Positions 38,901-48,160 of a DNA stretch of 64,000 bases are shown here, piece after piece. Location of the stretch: IMG/VR virus record IMGVR_UViG_3300042566_001512, positions 144,808 to 208,807 of that record; one strand, 5' to 3'. How positions within the stretch are numbered: the first letter of the stretch is position 1; every line of letters starts with the position of its first letter. A program made the position numbers and the translations under genes. The notes under the pieces are model-generated. The model had not been told where the DNA came from, did no database searches, and saw only the letters and a program-made list of their open reading frames with translations.

Positions 38901-39828
38901 GATATTCGTCTGCGCTGGGCAATAGACCTCTAAAAGCAGTGCCGACAGTATCCGAGAATTTACCGAATAGTTTCTGACTGCTAAGTTCTTTTAGATTTAT
39001 TTTTTGCCAATCAGGAAGACCCGTGTTTTTAATTAACTTATTGTAAGCGTCTACGTGCAGTACGTGGGTTTTATTTACGGTCTCTAGTATGTCGTACTGA
39101 GCGAACAGCTGACGGTGCTGTAACTCAAGAGATTTTTTCTGATATTGTAGATTAATAGTGGTTTGATATTGTGATATCCTGGATAAGGACATCGCGGATT
39201 GATTTAACAGACTAAAGATGTCACGGTGTCTGTTTAGCTCAATACCTTCTTTTATTAGATCTTGACCTTCGTTCTCTATCTTATTATTTTCGGACTGTAC
39301 TATTTGTTCTTTGAATACTTCTGCAAGCTGTATGGATATTGCCGAGTCTCTTTGATCTCTGGCAGACAGGGCGGAACCTAGTTTTTGTTCATCCTTGGCT
39401 TCGTCCTCCCAGCGCTTAAAGATATCCTTTAATCTGCCGGGTATAAATTTACTATCCTTTGGTGCAAGCTTGGAAGCTACTCTTTTAAAGTCCTTTATGG
39501 CCGGCCGTACTTCTGCCGCTGCTTCACTATAGAGCTGCCTTAAATTCGTGGCAACCTTATCCCCCATGTCTAGTGTGTCGCCGTACCCTTTTGGCAGCAA
39601 TTCCCGCAATACACCAGTTATAAAAGAAGGATCGCTTACTTTGGCCTTTATCCCGCTTTTTAATCCGTCTTTAACTTTTGTGGCTGGTTTTCTATCGTCC
39701 TTAAAAGGATCAGCCTGAAAATCTATGTCGTCAAAAACGAGTTCATTATCAAAATCAAAACCGTTATCTAATGTGTTTGCTACTTTCTTACCCTTAGACA
39801 TGATTTTTATCTTTCTGTGAAAAAACAC
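32962..39828 (-). CDS. tape-measure protein / tail-associated lysozyme (phiKZ gp181-like)
   Basis: 2288 aa; Gly/Ala-rich membrane segment; C-terminal lysozyme-like KESNGNYN...AVGKYQII...QDKLA...EWASLP; divergent from vRNAP beta'. Confidence 0.88.
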   Translation of the reverse strand: MFFHRKIKIMSKGKKVANTLDNGFDFDNELVFDDIDFQADPFKDDRKPATKVKDGLKSGIKAKVSDPSFITGVLRELLPKGYGDTLDMGDKVATNLRQLYSEAAAEVRPAIKDFKRVASKLAPKDSKFIPGRLKDIFKRWEDEAKDEQKLGSALSARDQRDSAISIQLAEVFKEQIVQSENNKIENEGQDLIKEGIELNRHRDIFSLLNQSAMSLSRISQYQTTINLQYQKKSLELQHRQLFAQYDILETVNKTHVLHVDAYNKLIKNTGLPDWQKINLKELSSQKLFGKFSDTVGTAFRGLLPSADEYLQMTTRKIRDRTIETIKRNAQGFRSGLTDAEMAREQVAPGMLDTYQTGGEIAGDLLANTVGYSVAKRFKEPIKKVFPKVEQVGDYLENFNENIVGSAENFRKDDSWSNKEGIGAWIMRGLQSILPSLNVDSSFNRLTGKDLSAVQPFTLKTERSINEIIPGYLSRILQEIQIIRTGNPNIDRVEYDQDKGRFTGKTKLLKSIASRVYNDNDAKRTNDILDKIIDKIDSQSEDKLSEEERISIKQAFLKNKMQSSKLEKGLEGRPKELTSKYLSDLESKPSEMLLLNRQMNSLVRGMNDPRATIEQLISEGRQNELVQLGIITRKEEGYDLDMEDFYKGQIGKKRRMPNVRKQKTGISKPTVAPDKVSSRVGSFSSADYSSVGTSSFTRSDYSPLSKKDQDCEVYFKQIIQRLDTSIGYYKEITDLFKASKFEEKDKVNKENSNGPAGDILNKGKTQFTKAKLFFKKQKQKISEANVGKRVSGQYGKFKNYLGKVSTKLNDSKERNNQDGYSGKSYSEIKDKIQKLSFTLKDKWVDLRVSGEENPRIIKAKLQAGHYVDLASGKIVKTLSDINGTVKDIVSGQTVLKSDELDQSYVKDKDGQYKRFGDYAKGTFDGIAKNIKNTKAGSVAVDILKRAWTGVKDTVDMFKSVAFGGAKDVWVGGEKYPRMTAVKMQQGHYSDAISGKTIYLPEQIQGEVKDEKGRSVVSVEELDSLVVYDSRQKRFAPIRKLLKLAGKVIGGVSWYYNKIGIPLTKFNFRMLAKGAKFGINLAKLTMGTGPYSVKDVYAGDEPEPRLYATRLRNGEYFNRSTGRPIYHQNDINGEVVDAAGNVKIFDEDLPNLRVYNSMLGIFNPFKPAKWIMNKLTSAAAWTMKKGLKLTKLITRGLAGATAKVAGGFIRYLSKPQDVYVKGEPEPRLRAALMKAGRYISEKTGKIISLVSDIDGPVWDQKEETMVLSNEDIDEGLLGQNGKPLKTSTSAKIISGFKKLNKLFSRRVKLNVSEAIKPNSSIKNKKDKEATTGEQTVSLLGDIKNTFTDFFAEKKVKGDRDGDGDREGSWEDIKARRDAERAKQQSSKTAEPGKEKDKKGGLIGLLSGALDAITGFLGGFKTLLKGGGVLSGLGKLLGIGRVAGLAGSAVTAVAGAGGVGAAATGALGALGAGLAAVVSSPVTLGILGAAAVGYGAYKGYKAVRRWMSKPTVLDNIRYVQYGFKKEETSYFSKIVDLEEYLKQFVKVGSEKAELEEKKIDIEEMMSIFGFSSKDNDHKRQFGTWYIKRFKPVYLTHVSALSILNGSIDLSKINDLKKDVKLKYIEATKFPSGPYKTGTLPILGGKYVASDSADVSAAIEAALKEFATPAGDAKKTATGLPTDVKPPQEAANTAVRVDLGKPDEKAKPSGTAVTGASTVGSTILKNTVSAFDAIRYKTYGIKELELSKVIALNKLENETSKLIKIQGTKATFDDNFNELLQKVNVYFGISDLFGPAAVSWGKWFRDRFLPVYLNYVTAHITETGKPPKAEAPVIISPNKIVQVAKTISSINGVWSVTDSPWPGYQVNTDSSSVEGNLEYLAERAKEKTQHDYVAKTKPADSTPLKSDTASTSKEVAVDKSRASNNAPALNNNAQNNTLGTSIVSKDKDPKYDDGASQVMKSRKDSGLMTADIKREPVKTFDPATNTLLEFIGQKESNGNYNILVGGKTEPNLTKMSIAEVSDYQKDMIARGHESTAVGKYQIIRKTLSGLIKAGYAKATDIFNPVTQDKLAVGLLKMRGLDNYVKGKIDAGQFADNISKEWASLPYKTGRSYYAGVGSNKSSGAREDFVRVVSAVSSSPKINGDYVMPAAAQQPPRLPPEQLASSQIEGPKSSYNPKVRPIAQQEKAVQASKQASSSPLNDAVGVNPRVAGTSTENNNAAKNTLTADIMVNTESLLAQSLIVHKETLDIMKLIYDKINTVSAAKETANVPTSKSDGRKYEPPSAPVSMRKSA

Positions 39829-39906
39829 CGCACGCGCGTATTACTTTGGACGTATTTCATTTCTCATTTACCTTATTTTATCTTTTCTTTAGGAGCATAA
39901 AGCACC

Positions 39907-42334
39907 ATGGATAAACTGGACGTGCCTTTTAACATATTTTTTCTTAGACTAGACGAGCTTACCGTTAAGTACCTCAAGCCCGTGACTTCCCTTGACGTCT
40001 TTGATGGCCTTACTAAAAACCTCCATCCGGATGGATTATATTCGCCATCCATATTCGGCGTGGTTGGAAGTAATAATAGATACACAAAATTCTCCTATAT
40101 AGACATAAAGGTAAAAATAATGCACCCGGTGTATTATAAAGCAATTACCTCTATGAAATCATTATACGAATCCATAATGACCTCAAAAGAGTTTGCGGTC
40201 TGGGACCAGGAAAAAAAGGACTTTGTAAAGTCAAACGCGTTGGCAGGGCAAACCGGTTACGACTTCTTTATACAGCACTGTGATAGCATAGTGCACGAAG
40301 AAAGACCGTCTACCGATAGACAGGAAAACATATCACTTATAAATAAATATAAACAAAATTATTTATACGATAAAATCATCGTACTTCCGGCGGCATATAG
40401 GGACATTGAAATAGATGACAATGGAAGAGAATCCTCAGATGAGATAAATTCGCTTTATTACAAAATCATAGCGATATCAAACACAATAAACATTAACACC
40501 GTAAGAATCTCACCTGAAGCTTACAACACCCAGAGAATGTCCCTGCAAAGAGCATTCAACGACACATACGAGTATCTCTCTAACCTAATTAGAGGAAAGA
40601 GTAATCTCTTTATGGGCAAGTGGGCGTCTCGAAAAATATTTAACGGGACTAGAAACGTAATTACCTCAATGAACGTTACTCAAACTGAGCTAGGAGCACC
40701 CAATTCAATAAACTACAACGACACGCTTGTTGGGCTGTACCAAACTTTAAAAGGCATTTTGCCAGTAACGTTATACAGATTAAAAACTGGGTTTTTATCT
40801 GGAGTATTTCCATCAATAAGCTCACCTGCTCTATTGACTAATAAGACAACGTTAAAATCAGAAAAAGTTGTTTTAAAGACTGCCATATATGACAAGTGGA
40901 TGACCAATGAAGGATTGGAGTCACTTATTAGCTCTTATAAAGAACCATCAATCAGACACGACTATGTCACAGTGGACAACTATTATCTAGGTTTAATTTA
41001 TAGGGGGCCGGATAATACTTTTAAATTGATACACGGAATAGACGAACTTCCTGAGGACAGAGATCCAAAAGACTGCAGGCCTATCAGCTTGACGGAGTTA
41101 TTTTATTGTTCAATCTACGAAATTACGGACAATTACCCAGCACTAGTAACGCGGTATCCAGTAACCGGAGTCGGTAGCATATACCCGTCTATGGCTAAAT
41201 TAAAATCAACGATAGAAGTGGAAAAGAGATATAAGCTAGGGGTAGACTGGACTGTAGATCCACAATCTAAAGTGGCCTACGAATTCCCAACTCAAACTGA
41301 TTTATTCAGTGCTCTGTCTCCCCATCCTTTTAAACTAGGTAGACTTTCAGCTGATGGTTTTAAATGTAAGACTATATAAAACGGTTTTACATTTTAATCA
41401 CGTCCTGTTTTGCAGAAATGCGAAATAAGATTCTTCCTTAATTGCTGGGACATCTTGACACGTTAAAAGCTACAACGTAATGCGAAAGCATAGGCGCGAA
41501 TGCTTGAAAATTTTAACGTAAGACAATCAGCAGCGAAGCTCCTGCTCCCCGCCTAAACGGGAAAGGAGAACGTTCAACGGCCAGCCCTTAAGCAAGGGGT
41601 AGGAGCAAGTGCTCCGAAATGGGAAGCGCCTTACCAGCAATTGCTAGGAAGGTGAAGATATGGTCTTACCTGCATGGAGACATGCAGCGGCTTCTAATGG
41701 AAAGCCGGTAAGCGAGGTAACGTGCGCTTATTGAAAACACGTGTTCGACGGCGATTAAAAGTTATATTAACCCTCAATACCCTCGGGTTAAAACGAGTTA
41801 ATTTATAACACAAAAAGGTTGCCTATTCGCAGTAATGTGAATATAAAAAAATCTCTCTAATTGCTGGGACTCCTCGTTAAACCACTAAGACTACAACGCA
41901 GCGCGAAAGCGCAGACGTGAGAGTTTGAAAACATTAGTGGGTAGAGACAATCAGCAGCTAAGACCCTTACTGCATATAAATTGCAAATGGGTAAAGTTCA
42001 ACGACTAGATCGAAAGATCGTACCGTGTCAAGTGACGCGGGAAACGGGAGACTCCGGTTTTTACCGGATGAAGATATAGTCTTGTCTATGCGGAGACGCG
42101 TAGCTGTGGGATAGCATTTACTTCCCTTTAAAACGAAACAGGTTAACGCCCCTGTTTGAAAACCTAACGACAAGTAGTTGTAACTTCCTCTACTCCGAAG
42201 ATTCTATTAAAGAAATTTATGATTTTTTTAATAACACTCGGTGCTACGTAGGAACTGATGGAAAATTTATTAATAGTTTAGAAATAGATACGGTTAAATA
42301 CGTTTTACATAACCTCACAGGAGAACCACAATAA
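39907..42334 (+). CDS. virion RNA polymerase beta' catalytic subunit (phiKZ gp180-like), spliced: exons 39907-41355, 41744-41755, 42170-42334 (541 aa)
   Basis: HPDGLYSPSIFG, GKWASRKIFNGTRNVI, LVTRYP; splicing restores RLSAD|FDGD|TSSCN containing the DxDGD Mg-binding motif; stop overlaps the beta ATG. Confidence 0.93.
41356..41743 (+). ncRNA. group I intron 1 (388 nt, no ORF)
   Basis: P AATTGCTGGGA 41440, Q AATCAGCAGC 41525, R GTTCAACGGCCA 41572, S AAGATATGGTC 41655; 5' exon ends in U, intron ends in G. Confidence 0.92.
41744..41755 (+). other. 12-nt micro-exon encoding FDGD
   Basis: TTC GAC GGC GAT between two group I cores. Confidence 0.9.
41756..42169 (+). ncRNA. group I intron 2 (414 nt, no ORF)
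   Basis: P AATTGCTGGGA 41859, Q AATCAGCAGC 41949, R GTTCAACGACTA 41996, S AAGATATAGTC 42071; ends ...CCTAACG. Confidence 0.92.
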
Positions 42335-45300
42335 TGAATAATCAACAAGTTTTTTATAAAACATACGGAGTTAGAAACGTAAATGAACTCGCTTCTCCTA
42401 GACTTTTTGATCTAGTAGAATTTGTGTTTCCTTTTAACAGCATAATGCACTATGCGACTTATGACTCCATTGAGAACGGCCCGCCTGGTGACTATCCGCT
42501 GTTTAACCAAATAAAGAAACCGATATACTTTAAGACAATAAACGAAATATCTGCTTTTAATGGCAGCCCAAGGCTGCAGGCCATAAACACGCAGGAACTA
42601 GTTAGGGATTACAGAAATAACAATAGGCGAATGAAGTTACTGCAGGGAGAGGTTCAAAACGTATCGGACCCTACTGTATTAACCGTATTTAATTACTGCA
42701 TATTAAATAAACAATACAAATATGCCCGCAACTTATTTACGGACTATCATCGCTGGAAGAATATATTTACAACAGTTATAGACACTTTAGTAAATAGACT
42801 TTCTAGCCCACAAATAAACCACTATATACCGCTGACTATACCGGATATAATACCTAGCATGATTCAGTTAGATTTGGCCTCCAAAGGGCTTAATCAGTCG
42901 AACCTAAAAGTATTCAAAGACAATAATAGTTTTATGCTTTTAGAGTTATGGAAGTGGCTCAATCCTGCGACTAGTTCTGATAGTCTTTTTAGCAAAATAC
43001 CTATTAACAGAATTCATCTAGTTAATCTGGTTTATATTAAAAGAAACAAGTGGTGCGTTTTAAATTTAGGCGTAATAAATAGCTTTAAGGAAGTCAGTGG
43101 GGACGCCCTTAAACCAGAAAACACACCAATTGTGCTATCTAGGGTGAAGCTCAAATACGTTCAGATACAAAAACGTATACTGAACATGATGATGACCATA
43201 GAGGCCGGATCAGTTGTGGCCGTGGATATTCCCGAGGACATTAAACTGGACGTTCCCGATCAAACGGTAGAAGAACCCGATATCTATTCAGATTACCAAG
43301 AACAAGAGGTAACCACAGAGGCCCCTGTTAAACAAAAGCCTCCTCTTACTGATAAAGAATTACTGGTTCTTCAAGAAAAAGCTAATCAGTTATTATCCGT
43401 AGAAGATGATGACGATCAAGAAATAATAGATCAAAAGATCAAGTTACAAGATCTAGAACTAGACCAAAGACTAGATCAACTTAATGAAATTAACCAAAGA
43501 AAAGAAAATGAATTACAGACAATAGAAAACTCTACTATTTACGACGTTCTTAATGAACAAGAGCCGTCCCTTTATAAATTAGTAGAAAACATGTGCGACA
43601 GGTTAGCAGATAACAACATGCTAACTGCAGCGGAATATAAAAGACTAATTAGGTTGGCCGGTTCCTATAAGACGATAACTTCAAAGGACGGTAAAAGTAC
43701 TCTAGAAGAATACGTCAAAATACCACCAGAAGATCTGGTGGTGCAGGACGTAGTTAACATACCGGATTCTCCGGCAATTGTTGATAAAACGATGCTAAAA
43801 TCTTCTTTGCAGTCATTTACTTCCGACTATGTAAAAAAGGACATAATCGGAAAAGACACTGCATCGATGGTGATCGCGATTCAAAAATCTGGAATGATAG
43901 TCACAGATTACAAGGTGGAAAAATACGAAAGTATTTTAGGTGCGGAAGAAGAGCATACGTTGAGGATTGTACCTGTAGAAGGAATCCCATCGACCATCAG
44001 ATTTAAAGTTCCAGTAGTAAACGAAGACGGTACCTTTGTGGCGTCCGGCGTCAAATATAGACTAAGAAACCAAATAGGGGATTAAGATTTATAAAATATC
44101 GCAGAACATACTTTTGCGATAGTGACAAACAATGTGTTGTCTAAAAGGTCCCCGTGCTGCAGAAACGCCGCACAAGTAAACCTACCTAATTGCGGGAAAA
44201 CGCCATATCTAAATAGCTACCACTTATACCCAGAAACGGAGTATAAATACCTGCGGGGTAATGTTCCAGACAGGCAAGGTAAAAACGCTATTAAGAGGCA
44301 TAACCGACGCAGCAAAGCCCCTAAATGCCAAAAGCGGCACATTGGGGTGGGCTCAGAGGCCATCGAAAGCTATTGCGCCAGCGCATAATAACATTCGTGT
44401 AAAGTCGAATGGTCACTATTAGCATTAGTGATTAAAGCAAGTAGAGTAGGGGCGTTTATTCGCTCCGAAACGGTAGGCACCTAACGGCACTAAACGGCTC
44501 AAGGTGAAGATATGGTCCACATGGATGAGTGCTACCCATCCGCAAAATTGATTACAATAGAGTAAGCCTAACAAGCTACTATGGAAAAACTTTTATAAAC
44601 AGATCTCGAAAGCGAGCAAACGATTACGGCACCTGGATTCAAAACGCGGTGATGGCCAAAGCGCTTAATAAGGAAGACAAAGACATTACCGATTTGTTCA
44701 CGGCAAACGTATTCGATAACACGTTAAAAGCACCAAGAGCTTACACTGGTTTATCCATGTATTTTAAATCTTTTAAGGTAAAAGATTACGTACTGATGCT
44801 AGATCACAAGGTCATAAAGAGCACAGTAAACGATAAAATACTAAAGAAGTACGAAACCGACTCAAGTGTGGTGTGCGGTTATAAAAACTCTGATTTGTTA
44901 GTAATGGATAAAAACAACGCCATTTACAAAATCAAAGATGATCAATTGGAGTTCATATCCAGCATAGAGGATTTCCTTAACATAGACAGCAGCGCTGCTC
45001 CAGTGGAGTATGCCGAAGTAGTCATAGGCGCTAAAGATATACCCGTTGGCGTCGTTCTCAGCTATTACATAGGTTTTACAAAGCTACTTAAGCTTCTTAA
45101 TTTAAACCCAGTCAGAGTAGAGGCTGGAAAACGAGTGAATCTACAACCCAATGAGTTTTCTTTGGTGTTTAGTGACGAGACTCTCGTATTCTCCAGAGAC
45201 GATAGATTATCCTCTTTAATAGTGGGTGGATTCTTGGAGTATCACAAATCCATTAGAGCGTTCAACGTCCACAGCTTTGATAAAAAGGGCGTGTACGTTA

Positions 45301-48034
45301 ATTTGCTGGAGTCTAATAAACTAGGAACCAGATATATACGTGAGATGGATCTAATGCAGCAAATGTTCATAGATCCAATAACTAAAGAGATATTAAAAGA
45401 CATGAAGGAACCAACAACGTTCAACGGTCTTTTAGTTAGAGCATGCGAGCTATTGATGGATGATAAACACCCTCAAGAGTTAGATACGAAGTACATGCGA
45501 ATAAAGGGATACGAAAGAATACCTGGGGCCGTTTATAGGCAACTAGTTGCAGCTATACGCCAGCACAATGCGCAGTTAGGCAAGGCATCCAAGCAAATGA
45601 CACTCGATCCTTACGCAATATGGCGCTACATTACAGAGGATCCGACTAAGGTTCAGATAAGTGAGATTAATCCTATTCAGGCACTTAAAGAAACCGAAGC
45701 CGTAACTTTTTCAGGAACGGGCGGCCGTAGTAGCCGAAGCATGGTAAAAAGCACAAGAGCTTACCACAAAAACTCTATGGGCACTATTAGCGAGTCCACC
45801 GTTGACTCCTCTGATGTAGGTATAAATATCTACACTAGCGCCAATCCGCAATTTAATTCTTTGCGAGGAATATCCAGAGAATTTGATTTTGAGAAACAAG
45901 GTGCCACTAGCTTGCTATCCACCTCCGCAATGCTGGCACCGGCATCCGACAAAGATGATTAATAGTTTATTACAAAAATAAACTAATGGTCCGACAGATC
46001 AGCGATGATCAGTTTGTAATCTCCTTAATTGCTGGGACTCCCTTATAGCCGTTTTACTACAATGATCACGAAAGTGAGTCATGACAGTTAGAAAACAAAA
46101 CGGATTGGGTAATCAGCAGCGAAGCCTCTTTAAAATGAGGAACGTTCAACGACTAAGATCTTATCAATCTGTACCTGCAAAGTGTGGGGAAACGGGAGAC
46201 TGCTCCATCAGGAGCAGAAGATATAGTCTCTTCTGCATTGAGAGATGCAGCTGCGCAAACGCGCGAGTTAGATTAACGAACTAACTGAAGGTAAAGCCAA
46301 AACGAGTAAACTTAAAATGCTCCCTTTGAGAGTAATCTCAATTGAAAAACTTCTCTAATTGACAAGAAGTCCCTTATAGACAATTGACTACAGCGTGACC
46401 GGAAACGGTGAGCGTGAGAGTTTAGGACGATTGTATTGGGTAACTTGCAGCGAAGCTCCTATAAAAACGGAGAACGTTCATCGACTAGACCGTAAGGTCG
46501 TACACTCAAGTGAGTGGAAACGGGAAGCTCCTTTAGAAAAACTAAAGGATGGTGACATAGTCAGTTCTGTAGTGAAAGTTACAGCGGGTCATGTTTGGCC
46601 GGCATCGACGAAAAACTAGTCGATGTGAACATAAAGAAATTTTGTAGCCATACAACAAGGTCACTCCATAGCTTGCGACGGGTACCATCAGCCAACGGTG
46701 AGAACCGGCTACGATCAAGTGGTGGCTCATCGCTCCCATGATCTATTCGCAATAACCGCCACAAAACCAGGAACGGTATTGTCCATCAACAAAAAGGGCA
46801 TAGTGGTAGAATATGCAGATAAAACAAAACAAGGATACGAGCTAGGAAGGCGATTTGGTAATGCGGCAGGTTTGGTAATACCGCACGAAATAGTAACCGA
46901 TCTTAAAGCAGGTCAAGAGTTTGAAATCGGTGAGGCCATTTGCTATAACTCCGGGTTCTTTGAGCCGGATTTCTTTGATCCTAAGAGAATAGTTTTAAAG
47001 AATTCATTCAACGTAAGAACGGTTCTTTGGGAATCGCTGCAGACCTTAGAAGACGCTTCTTCTATTACAGAAAAGACTGCTAATAAACTAGTCACCTCTG
47101 TGACTAAAGTAAAGAACGTTTTGGTTTCGTTCGATCAGACTGTCAGTAATTTAGTAAAGATAGGAGAGAAGGTGGACTACGACACCGTCCTTTGTTATAT
47201 TCAGGACAGTATTACTGCTGGAAATAAACTTTTCACAGACGAAACCATAGACACATTAAAAATGCTAGGTGCCCAATCCCCCAGGGCGCACGTGCAAGGC
47301 GTTGTAGAGGCCATTGAGGTTTACTATCACGGAGAGAAAGAGGACATGTCCGAGTCTCTGCTGGAGCTATGCAACGAAAGCGATAAACGTCTGAAATATG
47401 TGGCAAATAGTCAAGGCAAAAAATTCATGTCGGGAAGCGTGGACTCCGGCTTCCGGATTGAAGCCAATCCTCTTGCTCTAGACTGCGTCGCTATAAGAAT
47501 CTACATTACTACGAAAGCACCCGCTGGAATTGGCGATTAGTTTTTAGTCCTGCTACGATGAAAATCGTAAACAGTTTTCTCCTTAATTGCTGGAAACTCT
47601 TTTATAAAAAAAGACAATCAGCAGCGAAGCCTCATTCCCAAAAAAATGAGGAACGTTCAACGACTATCCCGTAGCTGGGAGTAGGGTCATGTGGCCCCAA
47701 ACAGGAGATATCTTCGGGTCTTAACTGGCCAAAGATAAAGATATAGTCTAGTCTATGCGGTGACGCGTAGCTGCGAAATATAAAAAGTCGCAGGATTGGG
47801 TCTAACGAACCCAATCTAATAAAAACGAAAGGCGTGTTTGCTAACCAGATGAAGACAGTTTTTAGTGAAACTATAAAGCAGAGTTACAAAACTGAAGACG
47901 GAAAAGAAATAGACGCGGTTTTTGGTGCAAAGAGTATCGACGACCGTATCGTTAACTCCGCAGTTATAATTGGCACGGCCAATGCCACTCTTGACATTAT
48001 TACTGATAAAGCAGTAGAGATGTATTTTTCTTAA
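42334..48034 (+). CDS. virion RNA polymerase beta subunit (phiKZ gp178-like), spliced: exons 42334-44082, 44532-45959, 46297-46307, 46637-47537, 47828-48034 (1431 aa)
   Basis: Splicing restores IGD|LPIRKI, KDD|PKRV|NFVAIQQGHS and GIGD|KGVFANQMK; exon sum 4296 nt = 1432 codons; AGGAG SD. Confidence 0.92.
44083..44531 (+). ncRNA. group I intron 3 (449 nt, divergent core)
   Basis: P AATTGCGGGAAA 44188, Q-like AACCGACGCAGC 44302, R GCTCAGAGGCCA 44351, S AAGATATGGTC 44507; P3 CCTACC/GGTAGG. Confidence 0.85.
45960..46296 (+). ncRNA. group I intron 4 (337 nt, no ORF)
   Basis: P 46027, Q AATCAGCAGC 46111, R GTTCAACGACTA 46144, S AAGATATAGTC 46218; ends ...GTAAAG. Confidence 0.92.
46297..46307 (+). 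other. 11-nt micro-exon (CCA AAA CGA GT, PKRV)
   Basis: Needed to rebuild DDPKRVNF in frame; ends in U and is preceded by G. Confidence 0.85.
46308..46636 (+). ncRNA. group I intron 5 (329 nt, no ORF)
   Basis: P AATTGACAAGAA 46357 covaries with Q AACTTGCAGC 46442; R GTTCATCGACTA 46476; S GTGACATAGTC 46552; ends ...ATAAAG. Confidence 0.88.
47538..47827 (+). ncRNA. group I intron 6 (290 nt, no ORF)
   Basis: P AATTGCTGGAAA 47585, Q 47616, R GTTCAACGACTA 47655, S AAGATATAGTC 47738; splits GD|K. Confidence 0.92.
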
Positions 48035-48160
48035 ATCTCGTCATTTACTGCGAGTAAGATGGCGCGTGTTCGTTAATCCCTATGAGGATTAGAAAAAGAG
48101 CACGCGCCCTTTTTACTAAGTTTTCCATTCATGATTTATTAAAAGGACAAGGTAACAAAA

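Noticed and set aside
33023-38977. Many plus-strand ORFs opposite the tape-measure gene (likewise opposite the fibre, sheath and head genes)
   Set aside because: Antisense shadow frames with no SD and no recognisable motifs.
39907-41379. Treating vRNAP beta' as a truncated pseudogene ending SADGFKCKTI
   Set aside because: The missing FDGD and C-terminus are present downstream as exons bounded by group I cores.
44122-44388. 88-aa ORF inside intron 3 (also 46081-46284, 46395-46619, 47632-47814 and antisense 41967-42173)
   Set aside because: They overlap the ribozyme core elements, lack SD sequences and show no HNH, GIY-YIG or LAGLIDADG motifs; by-products of structured RNA.
41356-47827. Inteins or stop-codon recoding as the cause of the RNAP breaks
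   Set aside because: The inserts contain stops in all frames and RNA core motifs; all other genes read normally in code 11.
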